Program-made: the position numbers and the translations under genes
Part shown: one piece after another, positions 9,477-19,845 of the stretch
Position numbering within the stretch: position 1 is the stretch's first letter
How the letters are laid out: the number at the start of each line of letters is the position of its first letter
The notes under the pieces: generated by a model
What the model was told of the DNA's origin: nothing
Databases searched by the model: none
What the model saw: the letters and a program-made list of their open reading frames with translations, nothing else
Source of the DNA: an uncultured virus (IMG/VR IMGVR_UViG_3300032218_002295)
Taxonomy: Duplodnaviria; Heunggongvirae; Uroviricota; Caudoviricetes
IMG/VR virus record: IMGVR_UViG_3300032218_002295
DNA length: 64,000 bases
Reading direction: 5' to 3' (one strand)

Positions 9477-10298
9477 ATGGCAAACGAAACCGTCATTAAT
9501 GCGGCAGATAATCCAGCTATTGCAAATAAGCTTGTAGAAGAAGCTTTATCTGATAGGGGAGTAGAACAGCAGCAGGAACGAATCCCTGTTGTTCTACCCC
9601 CTAGCGGAGAAGTTATTCTTCCAGGCGGAATCAATGACCCTTTTGAGGGACACATTGGTACTGCTGAAGTACGTGAATTAAATGGTGGAGACGAAGAAGT
9701 AATAGCTAGGATCATTGATCCGGGTAAATCTCTTCTAGCCATCCTAGATCGAGCAGTAGTATCAGTTGGTGGAAAACCAGCAGATAAAGACACCCTAGAT
9801 ATGCTTCTTGCTGGTGATCGTGAAATGCTTCTTCTAGAAATTCGTAAAGCTACTTTTGGAGATGAAATTGTAGTAGGCCCAGGCCTATGCCCATCTTGTC
9901 AACATGAGCAAACCTTTACAGTTCATTTAACAAATGATATTGAAGTTAAACACCTTAGTGAAGAAGATAGACACTTCTCATTAAAATGCAAGGTAGGCAC
10001 TGTAGAGGTCTCCTTGCCGAATGGACAGGTCCAAAAGACCATAGTTAACTCTACAAATAAAAACTCGGCAGAATTGGATACCTTACTTCTCAAGGGTTGT
10101 ATCAATGAGATTAACGGGCTTCCAGTTACAGATATTCAGGTAATTAAAGACCTTAGTATCAAGGATCGCCGAGATATACTAAAGGCTATAACAGACCGTA
10201 ACCCTGGTCCACAACTCGGTTCACTTAAGAAAGCATGTCAGTCCTGTGGCTCGGAGGTACCACTTCCGCTAACCCTAGCGGAGTTGTTTCAGGAGTGA
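9477..10298 (+). CDS. Tail assembly chaperone / T4 gp26-like hub assembly protein
   Basis: VRELNGGDEE, GDRE.LLLEIR..TFG, two CxxC motifs; between tube and tape measure. Confidence 0.75.
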   Translation: MANETVINAADNPAIANKLVEEALSDRGVEQQQERIPVVLPPSGEVILPGGINDPFEGHIGTAEVRELNGGDEEVIARIIDPGKSLLAILDRAVVSVGGKPADKDTLDMLLAGDREMLLLEIRKATFGDEIVVGPGLCPSCQHEQTFTVHLTNDIEVKHLSEEDRHFSLKCKVGTVEVSLPNGQVQKTIVNSTNKNSAELDTLLLKGCINEINGLPVTDIQVIKDLSIKDRRDILKAITDRNPGPQLGSLKKACQSCGSEVPLPLTLAELFQE

Positions 10299-10425
10299 AG
10301 TTAACTACGAACTTCTTATCGAAAGCTATGAAGTTCTAAGTAAAGCTTACCCAGGATGGACACTAAACGATATTAAAAACTTATCGTTTAGAGAACGAAC
10401 CATGTGGATTCTACGTATTAGGTGA
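10279..10425 (+). CDS. +1-frame extension of the chaperone (gpGT-like frameshift product)
   Basis: +1 frame open 10279-10425 encodes ...YPGWTLNDIKNLSFRERTMW; no usable start codon; TTT-C site at 10287-10290. Confidence 0.65.
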   Translation, partial: RSCFRSEVNYELLIESYEVLSKAYPGWTLNDIKNLSFRERTMWILRIR

Positions 10426-10437
10426 GGCGGTGATTAA

Positions 10438-13386
10438 ATGAGTACCCAAAATATGGTCCCTACGGACGATTCTGGAGATGGCGTACCTGGAGCATTTATC
10501 CGGGAATACGAAAAGATCCTAAAGGTCATGAAAGATGTGACCAAAGAAACCGCAGAACAAAAGAAGAATGCTAAAGAAGCTTCTTCAGCATATAACGGTG
10601 ACAAAGTAGGCGGAGGAAAACTCGGCCTAGGCACCATGCCTTTACGCAGTGCGCTAAGTAACTTTAGCGGCGGTGAAAAGATGGCTATGGGCGCGGTTGC
10701 TGCGGGTGCAACATTTATGAGCATGGCACCTAATACCATGTCTGCTGTAGCTCAAAGAATGTACGCCGACTCAATAGCCGGCTTAAGCGGAATGAAGGCT
10801 CAACCCCTAATCCGTCAAGCTAATAGAATGGTCAATGGCGCAACTAGTGCTATGGGACCTACAGCCGCAGCTGCTAACCTTTACTATCAGGGTGGATATA
10901 GCGCCAACTCTTTAAGCTCTAAAAATATTATGCAGAGCCTTGGTGGAATGAGTGCCATCACAGGCGGAACAAATGAACAGACTGCATCCAGCTTAGCTGG
11001 AATGAACGGAATGCTTTTCTTACGTGCCGGTATTCGTATTCGTGATAATAACGGTCAACTTTTGCCTATGGAGCAAATTGTTAACTCTGTTTATCGTGTT
11101 CTATACGGTGGGCGAAAAGTTACCTTACAACAAGCTGCATTATTATTAAACCCCTCTTCTAAGGGTTATCAAACACTTACTATTATTTGCGGTGGAGATC
11201 AAAATCTTCAATCAGCTATTTCTATGGCTGTTATTACCCGCGCTCGCAAAGGAACTGACTTAACTAAAAAAGATCTTGGTTCTGCACAAAACGCATTAAC
11301 TGCAATGGGTGTTGGTGGAGAAAGCCCATTACGTGCTAACTTCCGCTATCAAGCAGGACAAAATGCCGCCCTTCAAGCAACAGAGGGTGGACTTGTTGGC
11401 GGATATAACACGTCATTAAACGTTGTTGGAGCACTCAATCAAGGATTTGCAGATCTTGCTTCAGCTTTAGGACCAGTTACTTCTGGGCTTATGGGTCTTA
11501 AAGGAATACTTCAAACATTTCCTAATGCAGGAAACATGGGCGGAACAATATCTGCTGCAGGAAGTACTGCAATGGGTTTTGCAAGTCAAGCAATGAATGC
11601 CGCAATTATGGGTAGAGTACTGGGCGTAGGTCGTTTTGCTGCAGGCGGTGGGGGAACTGCATCCCTACTTGCTGGTGGATTACGCGGTGGCGGAAGCATA
11701 CTATCTGGAATGAAAATGGGATTACGTGGTGGAGGAAGATTCTTAGGAAAAGCTATCCCAGGTCTTGGTGCGCTGTTAAGTGCCATGTCTGGTTATGGGG
11801 ACTCTAAAGCAAATAAAGGAATTTGGGGAGGACTTCTAGCCTCTGCAGGTACTGGTGCTTTAGTAGGTGCAGGTACTGGCGCTATGGCCGGCGGTGTTGG
11901 AGCAATTCCAGGGGCGTTACTTGGGGCATTAATTTCTGGTGGCGGTTATCTTGGAGGAAGACTTTTAGGAAGCGGCGGACCAGATGACGAACATCATCAT
12001 GGATTCGGTACTGGTGGCGGAAACGATGCTGGTGGACAAGCCACATTTAATCTTCCCGTTCCTAAAGGAACACCCGTAACTTCCCCTTATGGCCCACGTA
12101 AGGGTGGAAAAGGCGTTAGTAAAAACCACCATGGTATTGACTTTGGTGTACGTGAAAATACAAATGTAACTGCAGCAGCAGATGGCGTTGTTACTGAAGT
12201 CGGTAACGGTGGTGGATACGGAAACTACGTAATTATTAAACACGGTTCTAAGTCAACTCTTTATGCCCACTTAAATAGCTCAAGCGTTAAAGTGGGGCAG
12301 GCAGTAAAGGGGGGTCAAATAATTGCTAAATCTGGAGGTCGTAAAGGAGCTCCTGGGGCCGGCGCATCTACTGGACCGCACCTTCACTTTGAAGTACGAG
12401 ATAATGGCGGGCGCGGTGCACAGGGTCGTGTAAATCCTGCAGGTTTCTTTGGTAAGGCTGCTAACTTTATTTCAAACGCATTTAAAGCTGGAATTAATAT
12501 GGCTAAAAGTGTAGGAACTTTCTTAACCGCACCCTTTAGAGCTGGGTCACAAGCAATATCAAATATGCTTGGTGGAAATAAGCGTGCTCCAGAATTAAGC
12601 CCTACAGATCTTTCGGGATTAAACAGCCCTGAATTACGAGCACTACTACACGACTCTATTGTTGCAGGAAGACCTTTGGGCAGCGAAGATCTTAAAAAGT
12701 ATATGACTGGAATGAACAACCGTAAGTTAAAGCTTAGTGGTGGGTCTAAAGTCCTTCTTGATAATAAAGACGATCCAATGGCTCCAGATGGACAGATGGC
12801 CGGAGGAAGTCGTGCTGGTCTTATAAAGCTTCTAGCAAGGCATGGTTTCTCAGGAAAGAATCTAGAGACTGCATTTGCAGTTGCTGCTGCCGAATCTAGA
12901 GGTCGTGCTGTTGATTATAATGGCAAAGGAAGAGATAAGTCTTACGGGCTATTTCAAATCAACATGAATAATGATGATCCTAAGAGCCCTAATATGGGCC
13001 GCAATAGATTAAAGCAATTTGGCATTAAGAATTATAACGACCTAATGAATCCAGAAATAAACGCTAAGGCTGCCTATATGGTATCTACCAAAGGTACGTC
13101 TTGGAAAGCTTGGTCTACATATAATGACGGCACATTCCTTAGATATTTAGATGATGCTCAAAGAGCTAAAGAAACCGCCGGAATTGGTGGGCCTACAGGT
13201 ACCGATGGAATGGCTTCTGTTGCTACTCAAACTAAAGAACCTGTAACTCCCCACAATGTTGAGGTAAAGGTAACCATGCATGTAAATATAGCCCAGTCTG
13301 GAGTACGTGAAGCTGAACAAATGTTTAGAACCTTTAGCAAGCGTGTAGAAGAGGCTATTCAAAAGAAGCAGTTGGGAGTCTACTAA
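10438..13386 (+). CDS. Tape measure protein with M23 peptidase and SLT-like transglycosylase domains
   Basis: A/G-rich helical N-half; HHGIDFG, YAHL, STGPHLHFEVR (M23); AAAESRG, SYGLFQIN, W..WSTY (lysozyme-like). Confidence 0.9.
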   Translation: MSTQNMVPTDDSGDGVPGAFIREYEKILKVMKDVTKETAEQKKNAKEASSAYNGDKVGGGKLGLGTMPLRSALSNFSGGEKMAMGAVAAGATFMSMAPNTMSAVAQRMYADSIAGLSGMKAQPLIRQANRMVNGATSAMGPTAAAANLYYQGGYSANSLSSKNIMQSLGGMSAITGGTNEQTASSLAGMNGMLFLRAGIRIRDNNGQLLPMEQIVNSVYRVLYGGRKVTLQQAALLLNPSSKGYQTLTIICGGDQNLQSAISMAVITRARKGTDLTKKDLGSAQNALTAMGVGGESPLRANFRYQAGQNAALQATEGGLVGGYNTSLNVVGALNQGFADLASALGPVTSGLMGLKGILQTFPNAGNMGGTISAAGSTAMGFASQAMNAAIMGRVLGVGRFAAGGGGTASLLAGGLRGGGSILSGMKMGLRGGGRFLGKAIPGLGALLSAMSGYGDSKANKGIWGGLLASAGTGALVGAGTGAMAGGVGAIPGALLGALISGGGYLGGRLLGSGGPDDEHHHGFGTGGGNDAGGQATFNLPVPKGTPVTSPYGPRKGGKGVSKNHHGIDFGVRENTNVTAAADGVVTEVGNGGGYGNYVIIKHGSKSTLYAHLNSSSVKVGQAVKGGQIIAKSGGRKGAPGAGASTGPHLHFEVRDNGGRGAQGRVNPAGFFGKAANFISNAFKAGINMAKSVGTFLTAPFRAGSQAISNMLGGNKRAPELSPTDLSGLNSPELRALLHDSIVAGRPLGSEDLKKYMTGMNNRKLKLSGGSKVLLDNKDDPMAPDGQMAGGSRAGLIKLLARHGFSGKNLETAFAVAAAESRGRAVDYNGKGRDKSYGLFQINMNNDDPKSPNMGRNRLKQFGIKNYNDLMNPEINAKAAYMVSTKGTSWKAWSTYNDGTFLRYLDDAQRAKETAGIGGPTGTDGMASVATQTKEPVTPHNVEVKVTMHVNIAQSGVREAEQMFRTFSKRVEEAIQKKQLGVY

Positions 13387-15065
13387 TGGCTACAACTTAC
13401 TACTACACCGTAAATCTCCAACAATATTTAAATAATGTGTGGATTAATATCACCGTACCTGAAATTAAAATTAATTTTAATGATTTTAGAAAAAACCCTG
13501 CTGGAGTTTCTTATACAAATCAAGCTGGAAACGTTGAGGGTAGTGAAAACGAATTGCAATGGGTTGTTAAAGCCTATAAAGTTGTAAACGGTGGGTCTCC
13601 TGTCCAATTAAACAAAGATGAGGTTAAAGTTCAGCTTACAGGCGGGGGAAATCAAGAAGTATTTGATCAAATTGTAAAAACAGTAAGTACTAGTACTCAA
13701 GATTACTTTAGAGTAACTATTAATAAAACCTTACTAAATGCTTTAGCTATTAAGTTTCCTTTTTATGTATACCCAGGATTTACGGTTACAACAAAGCCAG
13801 ACGTAATTGCAGTACCACACAAAACAGGCGATCCTACTGAAGTTGTTGTTTTTACACAAGCTGCAACTTTTCCTCAAGTTCCTACAGGCCTTATTGCTGC
13901 TGTAAACCTTCCAGGAAATACAACTACAGCTAATATTCACTACGATAAAAGTATTGATAGATTTGTAGGAATTAAAGCAACCACTAACTCTAACGGAACC
14001 ATTACTTATACTGCCTATTATTATTTCAAGGGCGCTGATGGAACTCAAGATAAAGTGGTGACTATCGGCACAGATGCCAAAGGACTAGGTACTAAAGGAT
14101 CTGCTTATAAGACTGGTCAAGCTCTTTTAATTAATGCTATTGATAGTGCTAAGGTTACTAATGAAAAAGTAGAAAACCCTACAGGAAGTGGTACAGGTCA
14201 GTATACAACTAACTCAAGACTTGAGCCTGTTGGTGGAGATCGTTGGAATCCGCCCCCACATCCAAAGACCAAAGGCATGCACCGGGAGTGGCAGTTTTCT
14301 AAATCCACGGTTACAAACAACGTTGTCCAAGCAAAGGACATTATTTATAATAAGGTTCCTCAGGGAGTCATGGGACGTATATTCCAAGATGCAGACAGCG
14401 CTGCCTCTGTAAATCTTACAGACCCTAAAAAACTTTGGGGTTTTAGGTTTATGTATAACCCAACTACTGTTCAGTATCAAACCCAAGCCAACACAAACGT
14501 TGACTTTACCTTTGGTGCAGCAGACCCCGCACAACTTTTAGCCGGAAATATTTCTTTTCAGTTTCAACTATATTTAAATAGAATTTTAGATATGACTCAT
14601 CTACAAGGTGATAGAAAAACAGGTCAAGATTATATTCCATCCTTAGGTACCGAAGCTATTGACGGGCTTATTAATAGGGGAACTGAATATGACCTTGAGT
14701 TTTTATACCGTGTATGTAATGGGGACCCCGACACCAGTCAAGGATTAAACCCACTTCTTACATATGCTGGAGGTATGACTTCAGATATTGGGTTATTAAA
14801 AGCCCTTCCAGTATGGATTGTCATTAATGAAAACATGCGTATATTTGGATCCATTTCAAATATCAATGTAAATCACGTAATGTTTGACAGAAGAATGGTT
14901 CCTATTCTAAGTACCGTAGATCTGACTATTACACGTTACCCAGCCATTATGAAGTACTCATCAAATAGTAAAACTGATGATGCAAATAAGTATGATATTT
15001 CAGCACTTAAGAAAGTTATTGGTACAGATACAGCATCAGCTACAGGAACAATTGGAAATAACTAA
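13386..15065 (+). CDS. Baseplate/tube-initiator-type virion protein
   Basis: C-terminal FRFMYNPTTV...FQLYL...GSISNINVNHVMFD..MVPI resembles tube-initiator domains; position after tape measure. Confidence 0.55.
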   Translation: MATTYYYTVNLQQYLNNVWINITVPEIKINFNDFRKNPAGVSYTNQAGNVEGSENELQWVVKAYKVVNGGSPVQLNKDEVKVQLTGGGNQEVFDQIVKTVSTSTQDYFRVTINKTLLNALAIKFPFYVYPGFTVTTKPDVIAVPHKTGDPTEVVVFTQAATFPQVPTGLIAAVNLPGNTTTANIHYDKSIDRFVGIKATTNSNGTITYTAYYYFKGADGTQDKVVTIGTDAKGLGTKGSAYKTGQALLINAIDSAKVTNEKVENPTGSGTGQYTTNSRLEPVGGDRWNPPPHPKTKGMHREWQFSKSTVTNNVVQAKDIIYNKVPQGVMGRIFQDADSAASVNLTDPKKLWGFRFMYNPTTVQYQTQANTNVDFTFGAADPAQLLAGNISFQFQLYLNRILDMTHLQGDRKTGQDYIPSLGTEAIDGLINRGTEYDLEFLYRVCNGDPDTSQGLNPLLTYAGGMTSDIGLLKALPVWIVINENMRIFGSISNINVNHVMFDRRMVPILSTVDLTITRYPAIMKYSSNSKTDDANKYDISALKKVIGTDTASATGTIGNN

Positions 15066-15346
15066 TGGCTATAGAACGAGTATCTAGATATAATGATGGG
15101 CCTCTTGCCCAAACCAAGTATGAAAATACTGGTGGGTACGCCATATCTGTGTACAGAAAATGGCCTGAAAATAAGGTAGTTAACTTCTTTAATTACACTT
15201 GGGTCGACGGGGATAGCCTGGGGCGTCTTGCATATGACCACTGTGGGGGCTCTAAGTACTGGTGGGAAATTATGGACATCAACCCAGAGATTACTGACCC
15301 AATGGAGATTGAACCAGGAATGGTTATAAGGATTCCAAATGAATAA
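15065..15346 (+). CDS. LysM-like baseplate protein (tail X / gp53-like)
   Basis: GDSLGRLAY...YWWEIMDINPEI.DP..IEPG.VIRIP. Confidence 0.85.
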   Translation: MAIERVSRYNDGPLAQTKYENTGGYAISVYRKWPENKVVNFFNYTWVDGDSLGRLAYDHCGGSKYWWEIMDINPEITDPMEIEPGMVIRIPNE

Positions 15347-16178
15347 TACGGTACATAGAAGCTATCAATGGAGATCTGAAGTCTTCAATGCTTATTTTGA
15401 AGTTCAGTTTCCTAATACACCTAAGCTAGAGCTTTTGGCTGTTAGTGCTGACCTTGAGCAAAATATAGAAGAGCACGACATTCTTACTATTACTTTTAAA
15501 GGTAAGCCATTTAAAAAAGATACTCAACTAGCCTATGGCGACCCAGTAAAATTTATATACAAGTCTGGCAAAGAGGTTTACAACTTTGTAGGTAAAGTCA
15601 ATAGAATTGTTCAAAAAGCATCCTTACATGGTGTAGGAGAGACTGTAGTTCAATGTATCTCTGCAAGTTCTGTTTTAAAAGAAACCTCTCAAAAGATTTA
15701 TACAAACGTCACCGCGGATCAGTGTGTTGCTAGAGTGGCTGCCGCTGTTGGGTGTCGAGCCGTGACTCAGCGCCACCCACGAGTACGTCAAACTATTGCT
15801 CATACAGGAGAAACATACTGGCAATTTTTACGTAGTCAAGCTAAGCAGACAGGGTTTGCTCTTAGGGCTGAAAATACAACAATTACTTTTGTTTCTAAAG
15901 AAAAAATTACAGCGGCTAAAAAAAGTCAAGCCCCATATTTCTTGTATTTTGATAGCCCAACAGATGGGGCTACCACCGCTTCTTTTAGAGCTCTTGGAAC
16001 AATAGTTTATTTCCACCCGCTTATTTCAGATGCCTCTCCTGAAACTGGGGTAAAGGTAGACCGAGTAGTAACTGGCCAAGACTTAAAGGGTAATAAAGCA
16101 ATTAAAGCTATCCATAAAAATTCTGCCCCAACATCTAGCCCAAGCGCTGTGCGCCCTAGTGAGGACTATTTCCTATGA
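15339..16178 (+). CDS. Baseplate hub protein, N-terminal part (gp27/late control D-like)
   Basis: FVGKV, NVTADQCVARVA, ETYWQFLRSQAKQTGF hub motifs. Confidence 0.7.
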   Translation: MNNTVHRSYQWRSEVFNAYFEVQFPNTPKLELLAVSADLEQNIEEHDILTITFKGKPFKKDTQLAYGDPVKFIYKSGKEVYNFVGKVNRIVQKASLHGVGETVVQCISASSVLKETSQKIYTNVTADQCVARVAAAVGCRAVTQRHPRVRQTIAHTGETYWQFLRSQAKQTGFALRAENTTITFVSKEKITAAKKSQAPYFLYFDSPTDGATTASFRALGTIVYFHPLISDASPETGVKVDRVVTGQDLKGNKAIKAIHKNSAPTSSPSAVRPSEDYFL

Positions 16179-16768
16179 CAGCCAGTATTTCAAAAAAGAA
16201 TGCCAAGATTGGGTATAAAAAACATTACCCTTATGAGGTTGTAAGTAATGTAAATGACTCTAAATTACTAGCTGACTCCTTAAGCCAAACCCACAAGTAT
16301 CAGTATCTTATGGAAATACACACTGTGGGTGACGCCAGTATTCGCCCATATGATCCCGTGTATTTTGACGGCTTACCTAATGGTCTTTCAGGATATTGGA
16401 CTGTATTATCTGTAAAGCACAGGTTTGGCGGATCTCACGGTTACTACATGCTTGAAATGATTGTAGGAACAAATACTTTGGGTGAGGTAAACCCTGAAGC
16501 CGCTAAAGCAGTTGCCGTAAGAGATATTGAGGGAGAACTAGGAAATCAATCTCTTACAGTTTCAGACTCCATATTGCAGCAAATACCGCTCTCACCAAAT
16601 GAGACAGACTTTCCAGAACCAAGACCGTTACCAGGGCCAGCTGTTTCTGCATCAGACTTAGACTTTCCAAACAATACTGATGATCTGTATGCAATTGCAC
16701 CCCCATCTTTTTCTAATGTAAAAAATAGCGTGTCGTGGGTTGCGTCTTTAGAGAGTAAAATAATCTAA
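16175..16768 (+). CDS. Baseplate hub protein, C-terminal part
   Basis: GDASIRPYDPVYFDGL...SGYWTVLSVKHRF is the usual hub C-terminal motif; own GAGGA SD; ATGA overlap. Confidence 0.65.
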   Translation: MTASISKKNAKIGYKKHYPYEVVSNVNDSKLLADSLSQTHKYQYLMEIHTVGDASIRPYDPVYFDGLPNGLSGYWTVLSVKHRFGGSHGYYMLEMIVGTNTLGEVNPEAAKAVAVRDIEGELGNQSLTVSDSILQQIPLSPNETDFPEPRPLPGPAVSASDLDFPNNTDDLYAIAPPSFSNVKNSVSWVASLESKII

Positions 16769-17310
16769 TGGTAACTACTGCAAATATTGATTATGGTATG
16801 GACCCTCAGGGTAGATTTAGGTTTTATGGAATCTATGCTGGAAAAGTTCGTGATAATAAAGACCCCCTTAAAAAATCACGTTTAAAAATAAGCGTAGATC
16901 AACCTACTGGTGGAGAAATAACAGCTTGGGCAGAAGCCTGCCTTCCAGTTACTAGCAATAGTAACCACCCCGATCACCAAGAACATACTGCTGCTCAAAT
17001 TGCTACTCTTCTTACTACACAATCCACCTCAGCTTCAGGAGCAGACCCTCAGGGAGGCTCTGTAGGTATAACGATCCCTGCGTTAACCGTGGTAGCTAAG
17101 AGTGGAGCTGGTACCCTTAAACATCCTCATAAAACGAGTGTAGATAAAACAAATAAGTGGAATGGCTCTTCAGGTACCGTCTTTAATGACGCAACAAGTA
17201 CAAATGAGCATACCCCACATAGACTTGTTCCAGATATTGGGCAACAAGTGTGGGTTATGTTTATAGCTGGAGATCCTGGACACCCTGTATGGATTGGAGT
17301 GCGGCTATGA
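16768..17310 (+). CDS. Baseplate spike protein (gp5/VgrG OB-fold) with His-rich insertion
   Basis: YGIYAGKVRDNKDPLKKSRLK...WA and VPDIGQQVWVMFIAGDPGHPVWIG. Confidence 0.85.
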   Translation: MVTTANIDYGMDPQGRFRFYGIYAGKVRDNKDPLKKSRLKISVDQPTGGEITAWAEACLPVTSNSNHPDHQEHTAAQIATLLTTQSTSASGADPQGGSVGITIPALTVVAKSGAGTLKHPHKTSVDKTNKWNGSSGTVFNDATSTNEHTPHRLVPDIGQQVWVMFIAGDPGHPVWIGVRL

Positions 17311-17723
17311 AGGCTATTTCCTACCCATTTACTCTAGACACTCGTGGTGCCGTACTATCGACATCCTTTAGCCCTAAAATTTATCTGGATAGGGTGCTCA
17401 CACTATTGAGTACAAATATAGGTCAAAGACCGACGCGCCCAGACTATGGAGTAGACCTTTCCGCTGCTTTCTTTGAAAATGAGTACATTTACAATGGGGG
17501 AGATATAACTACTTACAAAAAAGCGGTAGAACAAGCAATTAGAGTTGCGGTTGCAAATTGGTTGCCTGATATTACTATAGACGAGATTACTATTACAAAT
17601 CCAGATATTGAAGGGTTTGCAAGTATTACTATCTTGATCGGTGTTCCTGGAAACCTTCAACTAACACTTAATACTACTACAGCGATCTTTGGCGCTGACG
17701 GAACGATAACGAGGACATCATGA
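17307..17723 (+). CDS. Baseplate wedge gp25/W-like protein
   Basis: ISYPF, LLSTNIGQRPTRPDYG, WLPDITI. Confidence 0.88.
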   Translation: MKAISYPFTLDTRGAVLSTSFSPKIYLDRVLTLLSTNIGQRPTRPDYGVDLSAAFFENEYIYNGGDITTYKKAVEQAIRVAVANWLPDITIDEITITNPDIEGFASITILIGVPGNLQLTLNTTTAIFGADGTITRTS

Positions 17724-19264
17724 GTGAAATATCGATTAATTATACAGCTAGAGATTATGAATCTTTAAAACAAGAGCTCATTAACCTAGTAAGTTTAAAT
17801 ACAGGTAAGGCGTGGACTCCCTCTGATAACTCCGATTTAGGTGCTGTGTTGGTTGAAGCCTTTGCATATATGGGCGACATAATGTCTTATTATATTGATC
17901 GCGTTGCTAATGAAACTTTGGTAGAGACCGCTGTAAAAACAGAAACCCTTTTAAATTTTGCATCATTGTATGGAATTAAGCCTTCAGGCCCTACCCCAGC
18001 ACAAGTTTCTATTGACTTTGTAAATGTTAGTGATAAAGTTGTAGACCTACCTATTGGAACTCAAGTAATGGCCCCCTTAAATTATGGCCCATTTTCTCAG
18101 GCATACTTTGAAACAATTGAGGGCTATACAGCTATCCAACCAGATCAAACTATTACTATTAATGCAATTGAAGGAAAAACCGTAAATACTGATCGAGAAG
18201 ATTATATCGACCCAACTTACCATAAACCTTTGCCTTTAAATTTGGGGACATCTAATGGGTTAGCTAATCAAGAGATTCAGATATTAGATACTGGTGTTCT
18301 TGATGCCTCCCTTATTGTTTATGTTGGGCAAGGTGTTGCTTTTGCACCCTGGGCTTATGTAAATACCTTAGTTGAATATGGCCCAGAAAGCTTGGTATTT
18401 ACTACCTCACAAAATTCAGACGGAACATTAAATGTTATTTTTGGTGATGGTGTTAATGGCACTATACCACCTTCTGGACAGTTAATTAGCGCTTTGTATA
18501 AAACAAGCGTAGGAAGATATGGAAACGTCATATCTGGAGCAATTACAGAGCTTTCTTTTATTCCGGGAAATATTGATCCGGAGTCTTTGACATACTTTAG
18601 CGTTAATAATGGCTCCGCCGCTATTGGCGGCGCAGATGCGGATGATTTCTCTCAATTACGTAAACGTATTAAAGCATCGATTATATCTAGACGTCGTGCT
18701 GTAACTCTTTTAGATTATGAATATCTTGCATATCAGGTTACTACATTGGGTAGAGCAAAAGCCTCATCTGCAGTATATAGCTTAGTTAATCTGTATATTC
18801 AATCTCAAAATGATGGAACATCTACTCCTGGAATTGTTTCTGGAAGTCCAACAACATCTTGGGGTAAATTAAAGATTGCAGTTGAAACTTACTTATCAGA
18901 TAAGATTCCTGTAGGCGTAACCCTAAACGTTCAGCAACCCACATATGTTCCTATCTATTTAGATGTAGCCGTATCTATTGGCGGAGCATATAAACGCAGT
19001 ACTGTAAGACTCGCTATCTATAAAGCTTTGCTTGGAGCTGGTGGGTTATTTGAATATGATAAGAATGAATTTGGCAGAACAATTCCTTTATCTACAGTTA
19101 TTGCAGCCTTAGCTGGTGTAGATGGTGTGGTATCAGCAAACGTTACTAAGTTAAATATTGACAATACCTCAACTGCTACAACTGTCGTATTAAGTAATAA
19201 CCAAATCCCATATCTACTTCCAGCTAACCTAACTATTACGGTTACTGGCGGAATCAACCTCTAA
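17720..19264 (+). CDS. Baseplate J-like wedge protein
   Basis: YTARDYESLK, AYMGDIMSYYIDRVANE, FGDGVNG.IP, GGADAD, RAVT..DYE. Confidence 0.92.
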   Translation: MSEISINYTARDYESLKQELINLVSLNTGKAWTPSDNSDLGAVLVEAFAYMGDIMSYYIDRVANETLVETAVKTETLLNFASLYGIKPSGPTPAQVSIDFVNVSDKVVDLPIGTQVMAPLNYGPFSQAYFETIEGYTAIQPDQTITINAIEGKTVNTDREDYIDPTYHKPLPLNLGTSNGLANQEIQILDTGVLDASLIVYVGQGVAFAPWAYVNTLVEYGPESLVFTTSQNSDGTLNVIFGDGVNGTIPPSGQLISALYKTSVGRYGNVISGAITELSFIPGNIDPESLTYFSVNNGSAAIGGADADDFSQLRKRIKASIISRRRAVTLLDYEYLAYQVTTLGRAKASSAVYSLVNLYIQSQNDGTSTPGIVSGSPTTSWGKLKIAVETYLSDKIPVGVTLNVQQPTYVPIYLDVAVSIGGAYKRSTVRLAIYKALLGAGGLFEYDKNEFGRTIPLSTVIAALAGVDGVVSANVTKLNIDNTSTATTVVLSNNQIPYLLPANLTITVTGGINL

Positions 19265-19273
19265 AGGAGAAAC

Positions 19274-19837
19274 ATGACAGCCACCTATCCCTCATCGGTA
19301 AGACAACTTACTCCTAAGATTGATATCCAAGATACAGTCTTAGCAGATCACGTAAACGTTCTTCAAGAAGAAATTCGTGCTATTGAAACAGCTCTTGGTG
19401 CAGCCTCAACGAGTAATAGTATTCTGGTATCTAGCTACTCTGGAAGTTTTAGCCAATCTACAAACTGGTCTACGCTGGGTGATCGTCTTTTAAACATTGA
19501 AGCCGGTCTTATTAGCGGTACAGGTACTTCAAGTAGTTATGTTTCAAAGACTGGCGACTCTATTATCCCTGCAGTAGGAAAAGCGGGCTTAGCAATCAAT
19601 GCTCGCAGCGGAAATTTATTAAATCTTTTTGAAACAAAAGATAGCGCATCAGCACTAGGATTTAACGTAGACTATACAGGCAAGCCTAAATACGGAACCT
19701 ATGCGGTATTATATGTGGGCAGTTCTGAATACACTTCACTACAAAATGCAACATCAGCTGCGGCTACGGCTGCTGCTACTGCTCAGGCAACTGCCTCAGC
19801 TGCAAATATTAGCCCATTTTTATTGGCGGGGATGTAA
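19274..19837 (+). CDS. Tail fibre/baseplate attachment protein
   Basis: ADHVNVLQEEIRAIETALG fibre N-terminal motif; AAGGAG SD. Confidence 0.6.
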   Translation: MTATYPSSVRQLTPKIDIQDTVLADHVNVLQEEIRAIETALGAASTSNSILVSSYSGSFSQSTNWSTLGDRLLNIEAGLISGTGTSSSYVSKTGDSIIPAVGKAGLAINARSGNLLNLFETKDSASALGFNVDYTGKPKYGTYAVLYVGSSEYTSLQNATSAAATAAATAQATASAANISPFLLAGM

Positions 19838-19845
19838 TTTAACAA

